The notes: a model not told the origin generated them from the sequence alone. Positions 27,904-38,666 are shown, numbered from the stretch's first letter. The stretch: 64,000 nt of DNA from Candidatus Nanohaloarchaea archaeon (GCA_013343275.1 CP046106.1:1-64000); one strand, 5' to 3'. A program made the numbers and translations.

Positions 27904-30378
27904 TCACCTCGTTTCAATGTCTGTAGAGATAAGGCCTCTATCAGATTTCTGTGGGTCAACTCCGTCTTCTCCAGCTCTGAACTGGACGATGTCTCCCTGT
28001 GCGTTACGGACTGACTGGTCGTCTTTGACCTTCAAGTCCTGCAGGGAGTTTGAGACACGTCTGTACATGTATCCGGATGTCTTTGTACGGAGTGACTTGT
28101 CCATCAGTGCCTTTCTCTGAGACATCTGGTGGAAGAACATCTCTACTTCGTCAAGGCCTCCCAGGATTGAAGATCCTACGAAACCTCTTGATTTCGGACT
28201 TAGCTCGCCCTTCTTGAAGTGGGATGTTGTTCTGTCCTTGTATCCTCTGTTGATTCTCTGATCTCTGACCGAGTTCTGGCCTAGCAGACCTGCCATTGTT
28301 GTAACGTTCTGTAGGGAGCCTCTTGCTCCTGAGTCTGCCATGACGTAGGCCGAGGAGTCGTCGTCGATCTCGTCTCTTACAAGATCTCCGATATCTGTGA
28401 ATACCTCGTTGAGAGTCTTTGTTACTCTGATCTCTCTGGTTTCCTCGACAGTCTTCCCTGTGATGGATTCCATCTGACCTTTCTCGTACTCTTTGATGAT
28501 TTCTTCTGTGTCCTCTACTGTCTCGTCGACGAGATCTCTGATCTTCTGTGTTGTCTCGTCCGGTACTTCAAGGTCGTCAAGACCGATGGAGAATCCTCTC
28601 TGTGTCAGGAAGATTGCTCCTACTCTTGAGACACGGTTGAGGAACTCTGCAACTTTGTCTGAACCGTATTCGATTGAAAGCTGCTGGATGATTTCTCCTC
28701 CGTAGTCTCCGAGTGCGTCCTCGTCCAGTACTCCCTCGACTAGTTCTCCGTCTTCGATGATTACTGTGTTGTCATCGTCTTCGTTGATTGTGAGAGAGAT
28801 GTCGTCTGGGATGAAGATTGAGACTATTTCACGGCCTGAGATCTCTTCCTTGTCTGGAAGTTCTTTCTCGTATTCGTTGGCCTCAGCGAGAAGGTTGAAT
28901 GCTCTTTCTCTGCTGAGTGTTCTGTCAGGCTGTGTCAGTAGGTATAGTCCGGACACGTAGTCCTGAAGCATACCCACGATCGGTCCTCCCATCTTCGGGG
29001 ACTTGATGTGTTCCTGTACTTTCATCAGTTCGTCGGCTTCTGCACGGGCCTCTTCTGTCTGTGGTACGTGCAGGTTCATCTCGTCTCCGTCGAAGTCTGC
29101 GTTGTATGGTGCACATACGTTCAGGTTAAGCCTGAATGTTCTGTGCGGCAGTACTTTGACTTCGTGTGCCATGATCGACATTCTGTGCAGGGATGGCTGA
29201 CGGTTGAATAGTACTGTGTCTCCGTCTTTCAGATGTCTCTCGACCTTCCATCCTTCTCCAGGTTCGATCGCTTCTTTAAGTTCTTCCAGGTTTTCTTCAG
29301 TAATTCTTCTTCGTGATCCATCAGGCTGGTATACGTAGTTTGCGCCTGGATGTGTGTCAGGCCCGTTTTCAAGCCATCCTTCGACTTTATCCCAGTTACG
29401 TTCTGTAACTTTCTCCGGGATAGATAGCTTCTTCGCTACCATGAACGGTACTCCGACTTCGTTGATCCCAATATTCGGGTCCGGGGAGATTACTGTTCTT
29501 GCGGAGAAGTTGACACGTTTACCGATAAGGTTCTGCCTGAAACGGCCTTGCTTGCCCTGTACACGCTCCATAACGGATTTCAGTGATCTGCCGGAACGGT
29601 GTCTTGCAGGTGGAACGCTGCTCATGTCGTTGTAGAACATTGTTGCAACGTGGTACTGCAGTAGTTCCCACAGGTCGTCGATAATGAAGTCAGGAGCCTC
29701 GATCTCTATATTGTTCTGAAGCCTCTTGTTGATCCTGATGATGTCGACCATCTTGTGTGTGATGTCGTCCTCAGATCTCTCTCCTGTTTCCAGTGTGATT
29801 GAAGGCCTCATTGTTACCGGTGGTACCGGGATGTGTGTTAGTATAAGGTCTTCAGGCCTTGCTCCTTCCATTCCGAGATCTGCTGCGATATCGTCAGGGA
29901 TCTTGGATAGTCTTTCCCGGATTTCGTCAGGCTTGATTTCCTCTCCGTCGATCTTGAATGTGTATGGCTTGTCTAGATCGACTTCTGGTACTTCTTCGCC
30001 TGTTTCAGGATCTTCTTTCATCCTGTTGCTTTTACGCAGGTTCTTGTCCAGGTCTTTGGCCAGGCAGGTTACGTTTCCGTTTTCGTTGACGTGTGTGAAA
30101 CGCAGTAGGTTCCTGATCTGCTTGGCGTACATTACGTGTGCTACTGGCTTGGAGAGTGTGATGATTCCGAAGTGACCTTTACATTCACGGATTTTTCCTC
30201 CGCATGTCTGGCAGGTCATTCCGGGATCGATGACTCCGAGCGCTGGATCCATTACTCCGTCCTCGACAGGGTATCCGTCTGCGTCGTAGACTTCTGCCTG
30301 ATCGATTTCTTTTACTGCGAGTTTCTGAAGTTTTTCTGCGCTCATGATTCCAAAGTCGATGCTTTCAATATCTTTCAT
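27904..30378 (-). CDS. rpoA1: RNA polymerase subunit A'
   Basis: NADFDGDEMN catalytic motif. Confidence 0.99.
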   Translation of the reverse strand: MKDIESIDFGIMSAEKLQKLAVKEIDQAEVYDADGYPVEDGVMDPALGVIDPGMTCQTCGGKIRECKGHFGIITLSKPVAHVMYAKQIRNLLRFTHVNENGNVTCLAKDLDKNLRKSNRMKEDPETGEEVPEVDLDKPYTFKIDGEEIKPDEIRERLSKIPDDIAADLGMEGARPEDLILTHIPVPPVTMRPSITLETGERSEDDITHKMVDIIRINKRLQNNIEIEAPDFIIDDLWELLQYHVATMFYNDMSSVPPARHRSGRSLKSVMERVQGKQGRFRQNLIGKRVNFSARTVISPDPNIGINEVGVPFMVAKKLSIPEKVTERNWDKVEGWLENGPDTHPGANYVYQPDGSRRRITEENLEELKEAIEPGEGWKVERHLKDGDTVLFNRQPSLHRMSIMAHEVKVLPHRTFRLNLNVCAPYNADFDGDEMNLHVPQTEEARAEADELMKVQEHIKSPKMGGPIVGMLQDYVSGLYLLTQPDRTLSRERAFNLLAEANEYEKELPDKEEISGREIVSIFIPDDISLTINEDDDNTVIIEDGELVEGVLDEDALGDYGGEIIQQLSIEYGSDKVAEFLNRVSRVGAIFLTQRGFSIGLDDLEVPDETTQKIRDLVDETVEDTEEIIKEYEKGQMESITGKTVEETREIRVTKTLNEVFTDIGDLVRDEIDDDSSAYVMADSGARGSLQNVTTMAGLLGQNSVRDQRINRGYKDRTTSHFKKGELSPKSRGFVGSSILGGLDEVEMFFHQMSQRKALMDKSLRTKTSGYMYRRVSNSLQDLKVKDDQSVRNAQGDIVQFRAGEDGVDPQKSDRGLISTDIETR

Positions 30379-30390
30379 GAATGATCACCT

Positions 30391-32193
30391 CTACTCCTCG
30401 TCCTCCAGTTCAAGCGTTGTATCCATCATCATGGATTTCAGCTCGTTCATCAGTAGCAGGAATGCGTGAGGTATCTCGGTTTCATCGAGTTCGCCGGTAT
30501 CACAGTTTGGACAGTACTCTGTGTTCTCGGTCTTGTCCTCAATAGCTATCTCTCCACAGTTCTCACAAACTTTGATCTCTGTGGAGTCAGCTCCGAACCT
30601 CTCCTTCAGGAGAAGCGAGGCTCCGTGGCCTACGAAGACATCCTTTTCCATCTCTCCTAGGCGGAGTCCTCCTTCCTGGGAACGGCCTTCTGTAGGCTGC
30701 TTGGTTAGAAGGGTGACAGGACCTCTGCTTCTTGCGTGGACCTTGTCTCCGACCATGTGGCTTAGCTTGAGATAGTATGCCGGGCCTATCATGATCTCTG
30801 ATTCCATTTCCTCTCCTGTGAGGCCGTTGTACATGGTTTCTTTTCCTGTTGATTCGAATCCTAGTTCTTCCAGCATTTCTTTTACTTCTTCTTTGGATTC
30901 GTTGTGGTATGCTGTTCCGTCAACAGCTTCTCCTCTCATTGCTCCTGCTTTTCCAGCCATTATCTCGATCAGCTGTGCTACTGTCATACGGCTTGGGATA
31001 GCGTGTGTTGAGAGAATGATATCTGGTGTGATTCCCTGCTTGGTGAAAGGCATGTTGACCTCTGGTACGGTCATTCCGATGACTCCTTTCTGTCCGTGTC
31101 TTGTTGCGAACTTGTCTCCTAGCTCAGGGATTCTGTACTCTCTCATCTTCATCTTGATGAGTTTGTCGCCGTCGCTGGTCTCTGAGACCATGACTTTGTC
31201 GACTTTACCCTGTTCTCCGTGTCTTACGGTCAGGGATGTCTCTCTTCTGTCTGCCAGTCCCATCTGTACCTCTTCCCCGCCTCCGGATCCAAGGAACTTT
31301 GGAGGACTGGTTTTCCCGACAAGTACGTCGTCGGAGTCGACTTCTGTTTCTGGGTTGGCGATTCCGTCCTCGTCTAGATGTGTGTAGACTTCTTCTCTAC
31401 GGTATCCACGAACGTCTTTGTCAGGGATTCCGATCTCGTCCTGCTGTCCTCCCCAGAATCTCTGGGCCTCTGTCTGATAGGTTCTCATGTAGGTGGATCG
31501 GGCTACTCCTCTGTCGATGGAGTCCTGGTTCATGATGACTGCGTCCTCGATGTTGTATCCGTCAAAGGATGCGAGGGCAACAACCATGTTCTGTCCGATC
31601 GGGTGGTCTCCTACCAGTGTATCATAAGTATTTGTATCAACGATAGGCTGCTGAGGATAAGTGAGAACGTTGGCCTGTGTGTCAAATCTCTGGTGGAACT
31701 CTCGTGCTGGCATTCCGAGTCCCTGGCCTGCCATCTTTGCACCGAAGTTCACACGGTCTCCTCTGTTATGCTCAGGGTAGACTGTCAGAGAGGCAGAAAC
31801 TCCGTTGATAATCTCTGGATCGAGCTCCATGTGTGTATGCTCCTCGGTAACTTCGTCCTCCGCAAGAGCAACGTAAGCATTTTCTTCCTCTTCTGCGTCG
31901 AGGTGCTCAAGAACTCCTTCCTCTTCCAGATCTTCAATAGAGATCTCTCCCTCCTTGAGGTCTTCAAGCTGTTCGTCGGTCAGCTTTGGCTCTCCGTCCT
32001 CTACAATAACTAGAGGTCTGAGAACTCTTCCGGAGTCAGTGTTGATTCTTACTTCGTCTCTGTCTTCAGCGTAGTAAATGCTGACTTCCTGATCTATCTC
32101 ACCACTTCTTCTCTTCTCCTTCAGCTGTTCAAGTGCTTCTTCAGGTGAATCTGCGTCACCAAGGATTTCTCCGTCAAGGAATACCTTGGTCAT
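30391..32193 (-). CDS. rpoB1: RNA polymerase subunit B'
   Basis: GDKFATRHGQKG, GGLRLGEME. Confidence 0.98.
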   Translation of the reverse strand: MTKVFLDGEILGDADSPEEALEQLKEKRRSGEIDQEVSIYYAEDRDEVRINTDSGRVLRPLVIVEDGEPKLTDEQLEDLKEGEISIEDLEEEGVLEHLDAEEEENAYVALAEDEVTEEHTHMELDPEIINGVSASLTVYPEHNRGDRVNFGAKMAGQGLGMPAREFHQRFDTQANVLTYPQQPIVDTNTYDTLVGDHPIGQNMVVALASFDGYNIEDAVIMNQDSIDRGVARSTYMRTYQTEAQRFWGGQQDEIGIPDKDVRGYRREEVYTHLDEDGIANPETEVDSDDVLVGKTSPPKFLGSGGGEEVQMGLADRRETSLTVRHGEQGKVDKVMVSETSDGDKLIKMKMREYRIPELGDKFATRHGQKGVIGMTVPEVNMPFTKQGITPDIILSTHAIPSRMTVAQLIEIMAGKAGAMRGEAVDGTAYHNESKEEVKEMLEELGFESTGKETMYNGLTGEEMESEIMIGPAYYLKLSHMVGDKVHARSRGPVTLLTKQPTEGRSQEGGLRLGEMEKDVFVGHGASLLLKERFGADSTEIKVCENCGEIAIEDKTENTEYCPNCDTGELDETEIPHAFLLLMNELKSMMMDTTLELEDEE

Positions 32194-32271
32194 TTAGGCC
32201 CACCTCTTGAAGCTTGTTTTTGCGGCTTTTGCCTTTTCAACAAGTTTTTCACGAATTCGCATAGTATCCAT
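32194..32271 (-). CDS. Candidate 25-aa bridging mini-ORF between rpoB'' and rpoB'
   Basis: ATG overlaps rpoB'' TAA; MDTMRIREKLVEKAKAAKTSFKRWA*; stop abuts rpoB' ATG. Confidence 0.4.
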   Translation of the reverse strand: MDTMRIREKLVEKAKAAKTSFKRWA

Positions 32272-33731
32272 TATTGATTCACTTCAATTCCGGTTTCCTG
32301 AAGCTTTGCCTTCAGAGAGTTCTTCTCCATGTCGTTCAAGCCGGTAGAAACGTTAGCGGACATAGCAAGATGCGTACGCAGTCCGATGTTCATACCTTCC
32401 GGTGTCTTGATAGGACAGACACGACCCCACTGCGTAGGATGCAGGTCACGGGCCTCAAAGTGCTGTCTGTCGCTTGACAGTGGAGAAACAATGTTTCTCA
32501 AGTGCGATAAGGTTTTGATACGGTTATTTCTTTCCAGTGACTGGCATACTCCTGTACGTCCTCCGACCCAGTTACCTGTTGCCATAGCTCCCATAATCTG
32601 TTTGCTGAGAGTATCTGCAACAACTGTTGACTGGAGTGAAGGTAGTCGGCCTCTCTTAGCGGACTTCTGGAAGTTGTACTTCATACGTGCAACCAGACCC
32701 CATTTGCCCAGGAATACTGATCTGAACTGCATCTCCAGAAGCTCTCCTGCCAGGTTCAAACGCTTGTTTGCGTAGTGGTCGATATCGTCTTCCTTGATAT
32801 CTCCTTTTCCAAGCGCAATAGTATTTCTGATCATGTTTGCCAGAAGCTCGGCCTTTTCGTCACGAGCCTCTTCCTCCTGTCCAAGATGTGGAAGCAGGTA
32901 ATCGTCCAGAATGCTGGTAACTCTTTCCTCAACGTCGTTAGTAACTCCTGCACGGTTAGCGATGTACTCGAAGGCCTCTGCCTGGTCTGAGGCATCTACT
33001 TCGTAAAGGTTCAGGTAGATGTCGGAAGCGTATTCGTCTCCGATAAGCTCGACGATCTCCTTGTCGGTCTCGTAACCGAGAGCTCTGATTAGAGCGATTG
33101 CTGGCGTATTCTTTACGTTCGCGAAACTGATCTCGACAATATCGTCATCTCTCTCAAGGATATGTCTCTGAACGTATCCTTCGTTCTCGGAGTTGATTCT
33201 GCATGTCTGCTCTCCGTCGTCTTCCTGGTAGATCGGCTTGTTATTCGCCATCTCCTCCATGGAGATGATAGTCTTCTCGGAACCGTTGATGATGAAGTAT
33301 CCTCCTGGATCCTTTGGATCTTCTCCTGCTTCACGCAGCTCCTCTTCGTCCATGTCTGAGGTCCAGCATAGATCGGAACCAACCATTACCGGGATCTCTC
33401 CGATGGTAACTTCCTCGGATTCCTGCTGGATGCCCTCGAAGATCGGAGTCATTGTTACTTTGATTTCTGAAGAGTAGGTGAGATCTCTCATACGGGCCTC
33501 TTTAGGTGTGATCTGCCGTACGGATCCGTCGGCTTCGTTGATCTTAGGCCTCTCGATCTCTACGTCGACGATCTTAATTACGAGGTCCTCTCCATCAGGT
33601 AGTTCCGGTTCGATGGATCCGACTTCGTTGAGAATGTTCTGAATTCTTTCGTCGACAAAGCGGTTGTATGATTCTATCTGGTGTTTAACAAGGTTTCTAT
33701 CGATCAGCTGCTCCAGGAATTGTTCATTCAT
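32271..33731 (-). CDS. rpoB2: RNA polymerase subunit B''
   Basis: DPGGYFIING, RDLHPTQWGRVCPIKTPEG. Confidence 0.98.
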   Translation of the reverse strand: MNEQFLEQLIDRNLVKHQIESYNRFVDERIQNILNEVGSIEPELPDGEDLVIKIVDVEIERPKINEADGSVRQITPKEARMRDLTYSSEIKVTMTPIFEGIQQESEEVTIGEIPVMVGSDLCWTSDMDEEELREAGEDPKDPGGYFIINGSEKTIISMEEMANNKPIYQEDDGEQTCRINSENEGYVQRHILERDDDIVEISFANVKNTPAIALIRALGYETDKEIVELIGDEYASDIYLNLYEVDASDQAEAFEYIANRAGVTNDVEERVTSILDDYLLPHLGQEEEARDEKAELLANMIRNTIALGKGDIKEDDIDHYANKRLNLAGELLEMQFRSVFLGKWGLVARMKYNFQKSAKRGRLPSLQSTVVADTLSKQIMGAMATGNWVGGRTGVCQSLERNNRIKTLSHLRNIVSPLSSDRQHFEARDLHPTQWGRVCPIKTPEGMNIGLRTHLAMSANVSTGLNDMEKNSLKAKLQETGIEVNQ

Positions 33732-33734
33732 TGA

Positions 33735-33974
33735 TTATCGACTCTCAATAACTTCTCTGTAGTAGGTGGTTTCTCCAGCGGTAGGAGATTCTCTGACAAT
33801 CTCGATCACGTCACCAACTTCCGGATCAAGGCCTTTGATCGCAGCATCAGTACGCTCGATCTTAGGTAACTGTTCTTTTGTAGTATCGTATTTTTCAAGA
33901 AGCTCTTCAACTTCGTCTTCGTTCATTTTTCTGTGTTCCGGAACCGCCACGTGGTCAGTAACATCCATTGCCAT
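33735..33974 (-). CDS. rpoH: RNA polymerase subunit H
   Basis: HVAVPEH, QLPKI, RESPTAG...YYR. Confidence 0.96.
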   Translation of the reverse strand: MAMDVTDHVAVPEHRKMNEDEVEELLEKYDTTKEQLPKIERTDAAIKGLDPEVGDVIEIVRESPTAGETTYYREVIESR

Positions 33975-34085
33975 GATTGATTGCACACCGCCTAGAAATA
34001 GTCTTAGACAAATACAAGTCCTCAGGTAAACTTTAAATACCGTGGGGCAGACGGCGAAACACCTATAAAGACCCTGCGCAAATAC

Positions 34086-34751
34086 TCAGAAATTAACTTT
34101 CGAATTCTTCCTCATACTCGAAAACCCTTCTCCGACAACTACATGATCCAGAACCTCTACTCCAAGGCCTTCTCCCAACTCAACGATTTCTTCGGTGGTC
34201 CTCACGTCCTGTTCGGTTGCAGAGGCCTCTCCTGAAGGGTGGTTGTGCGTGAGGATCATTGCTGAAGCATTGCAGTTCATGGCTTCCTGGAAGATATCTC
34301 TGGTATCGAAACCTACTTCGCTGATACCTCCGTCAAACTCTTTCTCCCTCAGCAGTTCGTTGCCGGAGTTCAGGTAGAAAACTCTGAGAACCTCCGACTC
34401 CATAAACCTCATATCGTCTGTACGGGCCTCTACATCGCTTAAACTTTCTATTTTATCCCTTTCCTCTTTCTTCAGTCTTCTGGCCAGCTCTCCGACAGCT
34501 ATCAACTGTCCTGCCTTAACCCGTGAAACACCTTCAAACTTTTTCATCTCGTCCGGTTCTCTGTCAGCTATCTCATCCAGAGAGTACTCTTTGAGGATCT
34601 CAGAACTCAGCTCCTTCACGTTTTTACCCTGCGTCCCTGTACGCAGAACTATCGACAGAAGCTCTACATCGGAAAGATTCTTCACGCCGAGATCTTCCAG
34701 CTTTTCCCTAGGCCTCTCGCTCTCCGGCAGATCCTCTATACGGTAGTCCAT
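34086..34751 (-). CDS. radC: RadC/JAB (UPF0758) protein
   Basis: ERPREKL, LSDVELL, HNHPSG, LDHVVV. Confidence 0.93.
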   Translation of the reverse strand: MDYRIEDLPESERPREKLEDLGVKNLSDVELLSIVLRTGTQGKNVKELSSEILKEYSLDEIADREPDEMKKFEGVSRVKAGQLIAVGELARRLKKEERDKIESLSDVEARTDDMRFMESEVLRVFYLNSGNELLREKEFDGGISEVGFDTRDIFQEAMNCNASAMILTHNHPSGEASATEQDVRTTEEIVELGEGLGVEVLDHVVVGEGFSSMRKNSKVNF

Positions 34752-34832
34752 GATTTGTACAAAAAATATTCTCCAGCGATTTATAGGCCTGGCCTGGAAA
34801 CTGTAAAAATCTTTCCTGCCTAAAGCAGTGGT

Positions 34833-35621
34833 ATGGAAGAGATACTCAAAAATCCGGATATCGAAAAGGCCAGAGAAGTTCTCTCAGAATACCTCTCTAG
34901 AGAGTACACTGTCCAGATAAACGGCCTCTGCTCCGTCAACTATCAGGGCAGAGCCAAGTCCAAGCTTGACAGGGGAGAAAGACTGGTAATCAAGAAGCAG
35001 GACTCCGCAGTACTTGTACACGGACCTGAGAACTACCAGCCGAAGAACTGGCAGCCTGAAGTAGACTCCTACTCGGTTGAAGTCGATGAGGAGAACCGAC
35101 ACTTGATTCTGGAGGCCAAGAGAAACAGTCCGGAGGAGATAGTTGAGGTAAGGTTCGAGGAGATCGACCTACTGACTGTAGACCAGCTAGTCGATAAATC
35201 CGAGCTCAAGATCGCAGGCCACGAAGTAGATATACATGAATCAATAGAGGAAGAGCCTGAGATCGTGGAAGAAGGCCTTAAAGTCATTGAAAGAGAGCGA
35301 GAAACCCCTGCAGGATTCATAGATGTTTTCGCACGTGACGAAGAGAATAACTATGTTGTAATCGAGGTGAAGAGAAATCCGGACTATAACACTGTTCTGC
35401 AGCTGCAGAGATATGTCGATGAGATCGATGAAGAGTTCCAGGGTAAGGTTCGGGGCATACTTGTCGCACCGAAGATGACGGACAAAGTCCTTGACTATCT
35501 TGAAGACAGAGATCTCGAGTTTGTAGAGGTTGAGATGGCTGACGTAATCAACTCCTACGATGCTATAGATAACTCACAGAAAGGCCTATCCGACTTCTCC
35601 GCTGACTACAGTACCGATTAA
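34833..35621 (+). CDS. nucS: Endonuclease NucS/EndoMS
   Basis: CSVNYQGRA, PKNWQP, IDVFARD, VIEVKR, QLQRY. Confidence 0.95.
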   Translation: MEEILKNPDIEKAREVLSEYLSREYTVQINGLCSVNYQGRAKSKLDRGERLVIKKQDSAVLVHGPENYQPKNWQPEVDSYSVEVDEENRHLILEAKRNSPEEIVEVRFEEIDLLTVDQLVDKSELKIAGHEVDIHESIEEEPEIVEEGLKVIERERETPAGFIDVFARDEENNYVVIEVKRNPDYNTVLQLQRYVDEIDEEFQGKVRGILVAPKMTDKVLDYLEDRDLEFVEVEMADVINSYDAIDNSQKGLSDFSADYSTD

Positions 35622-35896
35622 TGCCTCCTGTCTTTTCTGGCCTGTTCATCAGCCTCTAGCTGGAGATCAATTTTCTCAACTATATCTTCATACATCTCCT
35701 CGCCAAAAAGCACCTCTACCTCGTCCTGAGTATTTCTTCTGTCAATACTGACGCTGACACTGTTATCGTCGAAAGGATGGTCGTCGTAATGGTTTGTGGT
35801 GTATCTTAGTGCATAGTCAAAGCCTGAAAATGCAATTTCTGTTAGGTCTGCGGTATCTGGAACGTCACGATGGTAAGTATCAAGACTGAAGGCCAT
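35618..35896 (-). CDS. Hypothetical acidic protein
   Basis: 92 aa ORF convergent with nucS. Confidence 0.6.
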   Translation of the reverse strand: MAFSLDTYHRDVPDTADLTEIAFSGFDYALRYTTNHYDDHPFDDNSVSVSIDRRNTQDEVEVLFGEEMYEDIVEKIDLQLEADEQARKDRRH

Positions 35897-35991
35897 GGAT
35901 AGATTTAATTACTGCAGTAATTCTTTTCTAATTATCTTTCAGCCCTCTAGAATATGTAGACTCAAAAATCTTCACTGACAACAGAACTCAT

Positions 35992-37950
35992 ATGTGTGGT
36001 ATAACAGGAGCTCCTAGAAAAGGAACAGTAAAAGCCTTGAACAAGCACCTCAATCATAGAGGCAGCTCCTGCGACGCAGTACAGACAGAGAACTACTCAA
36101 TAGGCCATTACCTCCACTCGGTAGTCGGAGAACTCCAGCAACCTATCAAAAATGAAGGACTGCTGACAGCAAACTGCGAAATATACAACTGGAAAGAGAT
36201 AAATGAAAAATATTGCTGGAAAACGGAAAATGATGCAGAAACACTGCTCAAGCTACTGGAAGAAAAAGGCCTTCAAGGTCTTGAAGAAATTGACGGAATA
36301 TACGCATTCGCCTATATCAAAGATAATGAACTAATTCTGGCACGGGATATTCTAGGTGTAAACCCGATCTGGTATACAGAGAAAGATGAGGAGTTTGCCT
36401 TTGCATCGGAGAAACAGGCTCTGGAAAAAGAAGGTCTTGAATGCCGGGAACTGCACCCGAGGCAGATACTGAAATATGATTTGGAAACAGGTGAGAGAAG
36501 CTTTGAACAGAGAGAATTCTTTGAAATCGACGTGGATGAGAATCTAGAAATAGAACAAGCAGCTGAAGAAATCAAGGAAAAATTTCTGGAGGCAGTTGAG
36601 AAAAGAGTGCCTGAAGGGGATGTAGGCCTTCTGTTTTCAGGAGGTGTTGATTCCACCTTGATTGCTGCGGCGTTACAGAAATTAGGTAAAGATTTCACGG
36701 CCTATACTGCTGGGATACAGCACGGAAATGTTGATGCTCCGCGGGACATGGACTGGGCTCAGGAAGTAGCTGAAGATATGGATATAGAACTTGAGTCCTA
36801 TGAAGCGGAACTTGAGGAGGTTGAGGAAACTCTGCCGAAACTCGTTGACTGGATATCAAGCACCTCTGTCGTGAAAAACGGCGTAGCACTGCCATTCCAT
36901 TTCGCCCTGAAGAACAGTAAAGAAAAAGAGCAAGTCATAATGTCAGGCCTTGGTTCGGAACAGCTTTACGCAGGATACCACCGTCAGCAAGGTTATCTGA
37001 ACAAGGAATGTCTTTCAGGCCTTAGATCAATTTTTGAACGAGATCTCTACCGTGACAACGTGATCAGCTTCAGGAACGGCCGTGAGATCAGGTTACCATT
37101 CCTTGATCATGATCTAATCGAGCATGCGTTGACTATACCTGAAGACTACAAGGTGAAAGATGAATACAGAAAATATGTGCTTAGAAGGGCTGCTGAAAAG
37201 CTAGGAGTGCCAGAAAAAGTCGCCTGGAGAGGTAAGACTGCAGCTCAGTACGGCAGCAACTTCGACAAGGCGATAGACAAGCTCTCCAGAAATAAGGACT
37301 TTGATCACAAACAGGAGTACCTTAACTCCCTGCGCAGTGAGCCGAATAACAGGATCGCAGCCCTTACTTCGGGAGGGAAAGATTCTAATGCTGCACTTTA
37401 CAGGGTACAGAGAAGGAATAACGAGATTTCCTGCCTGTTGACTCTGAGATCCGAAAATAAGGATAGCTACATGTTTGACTCGAAGAAATCTAGAGGACAC
37501 CTGGAGGAACAGGCGGAGAAACTAGGCATACCGTTACTTGCTCAGGAGACGGAGGGCGAGAAAGAGACAGAACTGGAAGACCTGAGAAAAGGCCTGGAAA
37601 AAGCCAGAGAAAGCTATAATGTTGAAGGAGTTGTTGCCGGAGCACTAGCCTCTACCTATCAGCGGGATAGAGTGGATAAAGTGGCAGAAGAAGTAGGGCT
37701 TAAAGTTTTCACTCCGCTCTGGCAGGAGGACCAGGCCCGTTACATGAGGTGGCTGATTAGGGAAGGTTTTGAGGTTGAGATTACAAGTGTAGCTACCAGA
37801 GGCCTCGATGAAAACTGGGAAGGTACAGTCCTAGATCAGGATAATATCGATGAGCTGCTGAATCTGGCTGAGGAATACAGGTTTAACGCTGCAGGAGAAG
37901 GAGGAGAGTACGAGACCCGTGTCGTAGGCTTTCCGGATTCCTTGACATAG
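35992..37950 (+). CDS. Fusion of asparagine synthetase B-like amidotransferase and diphthine-ammonia ligase (Dph6)
   Basis: N-terminal MCGI, FSGGVDS, RLPFLD; second PP-loop TSGGKDS, SYMF, GEGGEYET. Confidence 0.88.
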   Translation: MCGITGAPRKGTVKALNKHLNHRGSSCDAVQTENYSIGHYLHSVVGELQQPIKNEGLLTANCEIYNWKEINEKYCWKTENDAETLLKLLEEKGLQGLEEIDGIYAFAYIKDNELILARDILGVNPIWYTEKDEEFAFASEKQALEKEGLECRELHPRQILKYDLETGERSFEQREFFEIDVDENLEIEQAAEEIKEKFLEAVEKRVPEGDVGLLFSGGVDSTLIAAALQKLGKDFTAYTAGIQHGNVDAPRDMDWAQEVAEDMDIELESYEAELEEVEETLPKLVDWISSTSVVKNGVALPFHFALKNSKEKEQVIMSGLGSEQLYAGYHRQQGYLNKECLSGLRSIFERDLYRDNVISFRNGREIRLPFLDHDLIEHALTIPEDYKVKDEYRKYVLRRAAEKLGVPEKVAWRGKTAAQYGSNFDKAIDKLSRNKDFDHKQEYLNSLRSEPNNRIAALTSGGKDSNAALYRVQRRNNEISCLLTLRSENKDSYMFDSKKSRGHLEEQAEKLGIPLLAQETEGEKETELEDLRKGLEKARESYNVEGVVAGALASTYQRDRVDKVAEEVGLKVFTPLWQEDQARYMRWLIREGFEVEITSVATRGLDENWEGTVLDQDNIDELLNLAEEYRFNAAGEGGEYETRVVGFPDSLT

Positions 37951-38040
37951 TATTTCTATTTAAGCATGTCTTCTGCGGCCCTAGAGATATTGCTTACCTA
38001 GGCTGTCAAAATATCAGTTTTTGGTTTATTAACTCCAGAT

Positions 38041-38517
38041 TTAGAGGATATAGGTCAGTGCGTAGGCGAGCAGCACTGATCCTGTCAGCATGGCCTGTAC
38101 GAAAGCTGATCCCAGGACGCCGATAGTTGCATATACTGCTGCCTTGGCTCCGTTACTTTCATCGCCGTGAATCATGTACTCTCTGATGAATACTGTAGCC
38201 GAAACTGCTAACGCCAGGCCTATAGGGCCTCCAAGGAAGATAAACCCTATCAGGCCTGTGACTGCGGCCGCCATACTGGTTTTTCTGGATGCACCTCCAT
38301 ACTTAGCTGCTACTGCACCAGCAAACCAGTCTACAAGCAGTGCAAAACCGGAAGTAAATAATCCGAAAACAGTGAAGATTAGGCTTGGGTCATCTGCCCT
38401 GAAAAAGTAGATAAGAACTGCTGCAAGTGAGAAAACAGCTCCAGGCATCATAGGGACAATGCTTCCGACAACTCCTACTATGAGAAGGCCAATGATCAGT
38501 AGAGAGATTGCGTCCAT
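38041..38517 (-). CDS. DUF456-like membrane protein
   Basis: GVVGSIVPMMPG, AKYGGAS. Confidence 0.85.
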   Translation of the reverse strand: MDAISLLIIGLLIVGVVGSIVPMMPGAVFSLAAVLIYFFRADDPSLIFTVFGLFTSGFALLVDWFAGAVAAKYGGASRKTSMAAAVTGLIGFIFLGGPIGLALAVSATVFIREYMIHGDESNGAKAAVYATIGVLGSAFVQAMLTGSVLLAYALTYIL

Positions 38518-38666
38518 AGGGGTTCTTTTGTTGAGAAGATCTTATTTGTCTGGAGTTTTTCTAACTGTCTTCTGTTTTCGAGTGAACAAAAGCCTTTCGA
38601 AATTGGGCTGTAGAGATAGAGACCGGTCTCAAAGAGTTTATCACTGTGCTATTGGAAACTGTGTCT

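Noticed and set aside
18970-33477. Many Ser-rich plus-strand ORFs opposite EF2 and rpo genes
   Set aside because: Antisense shadows produced by GAA/GAC-rich acidic coding
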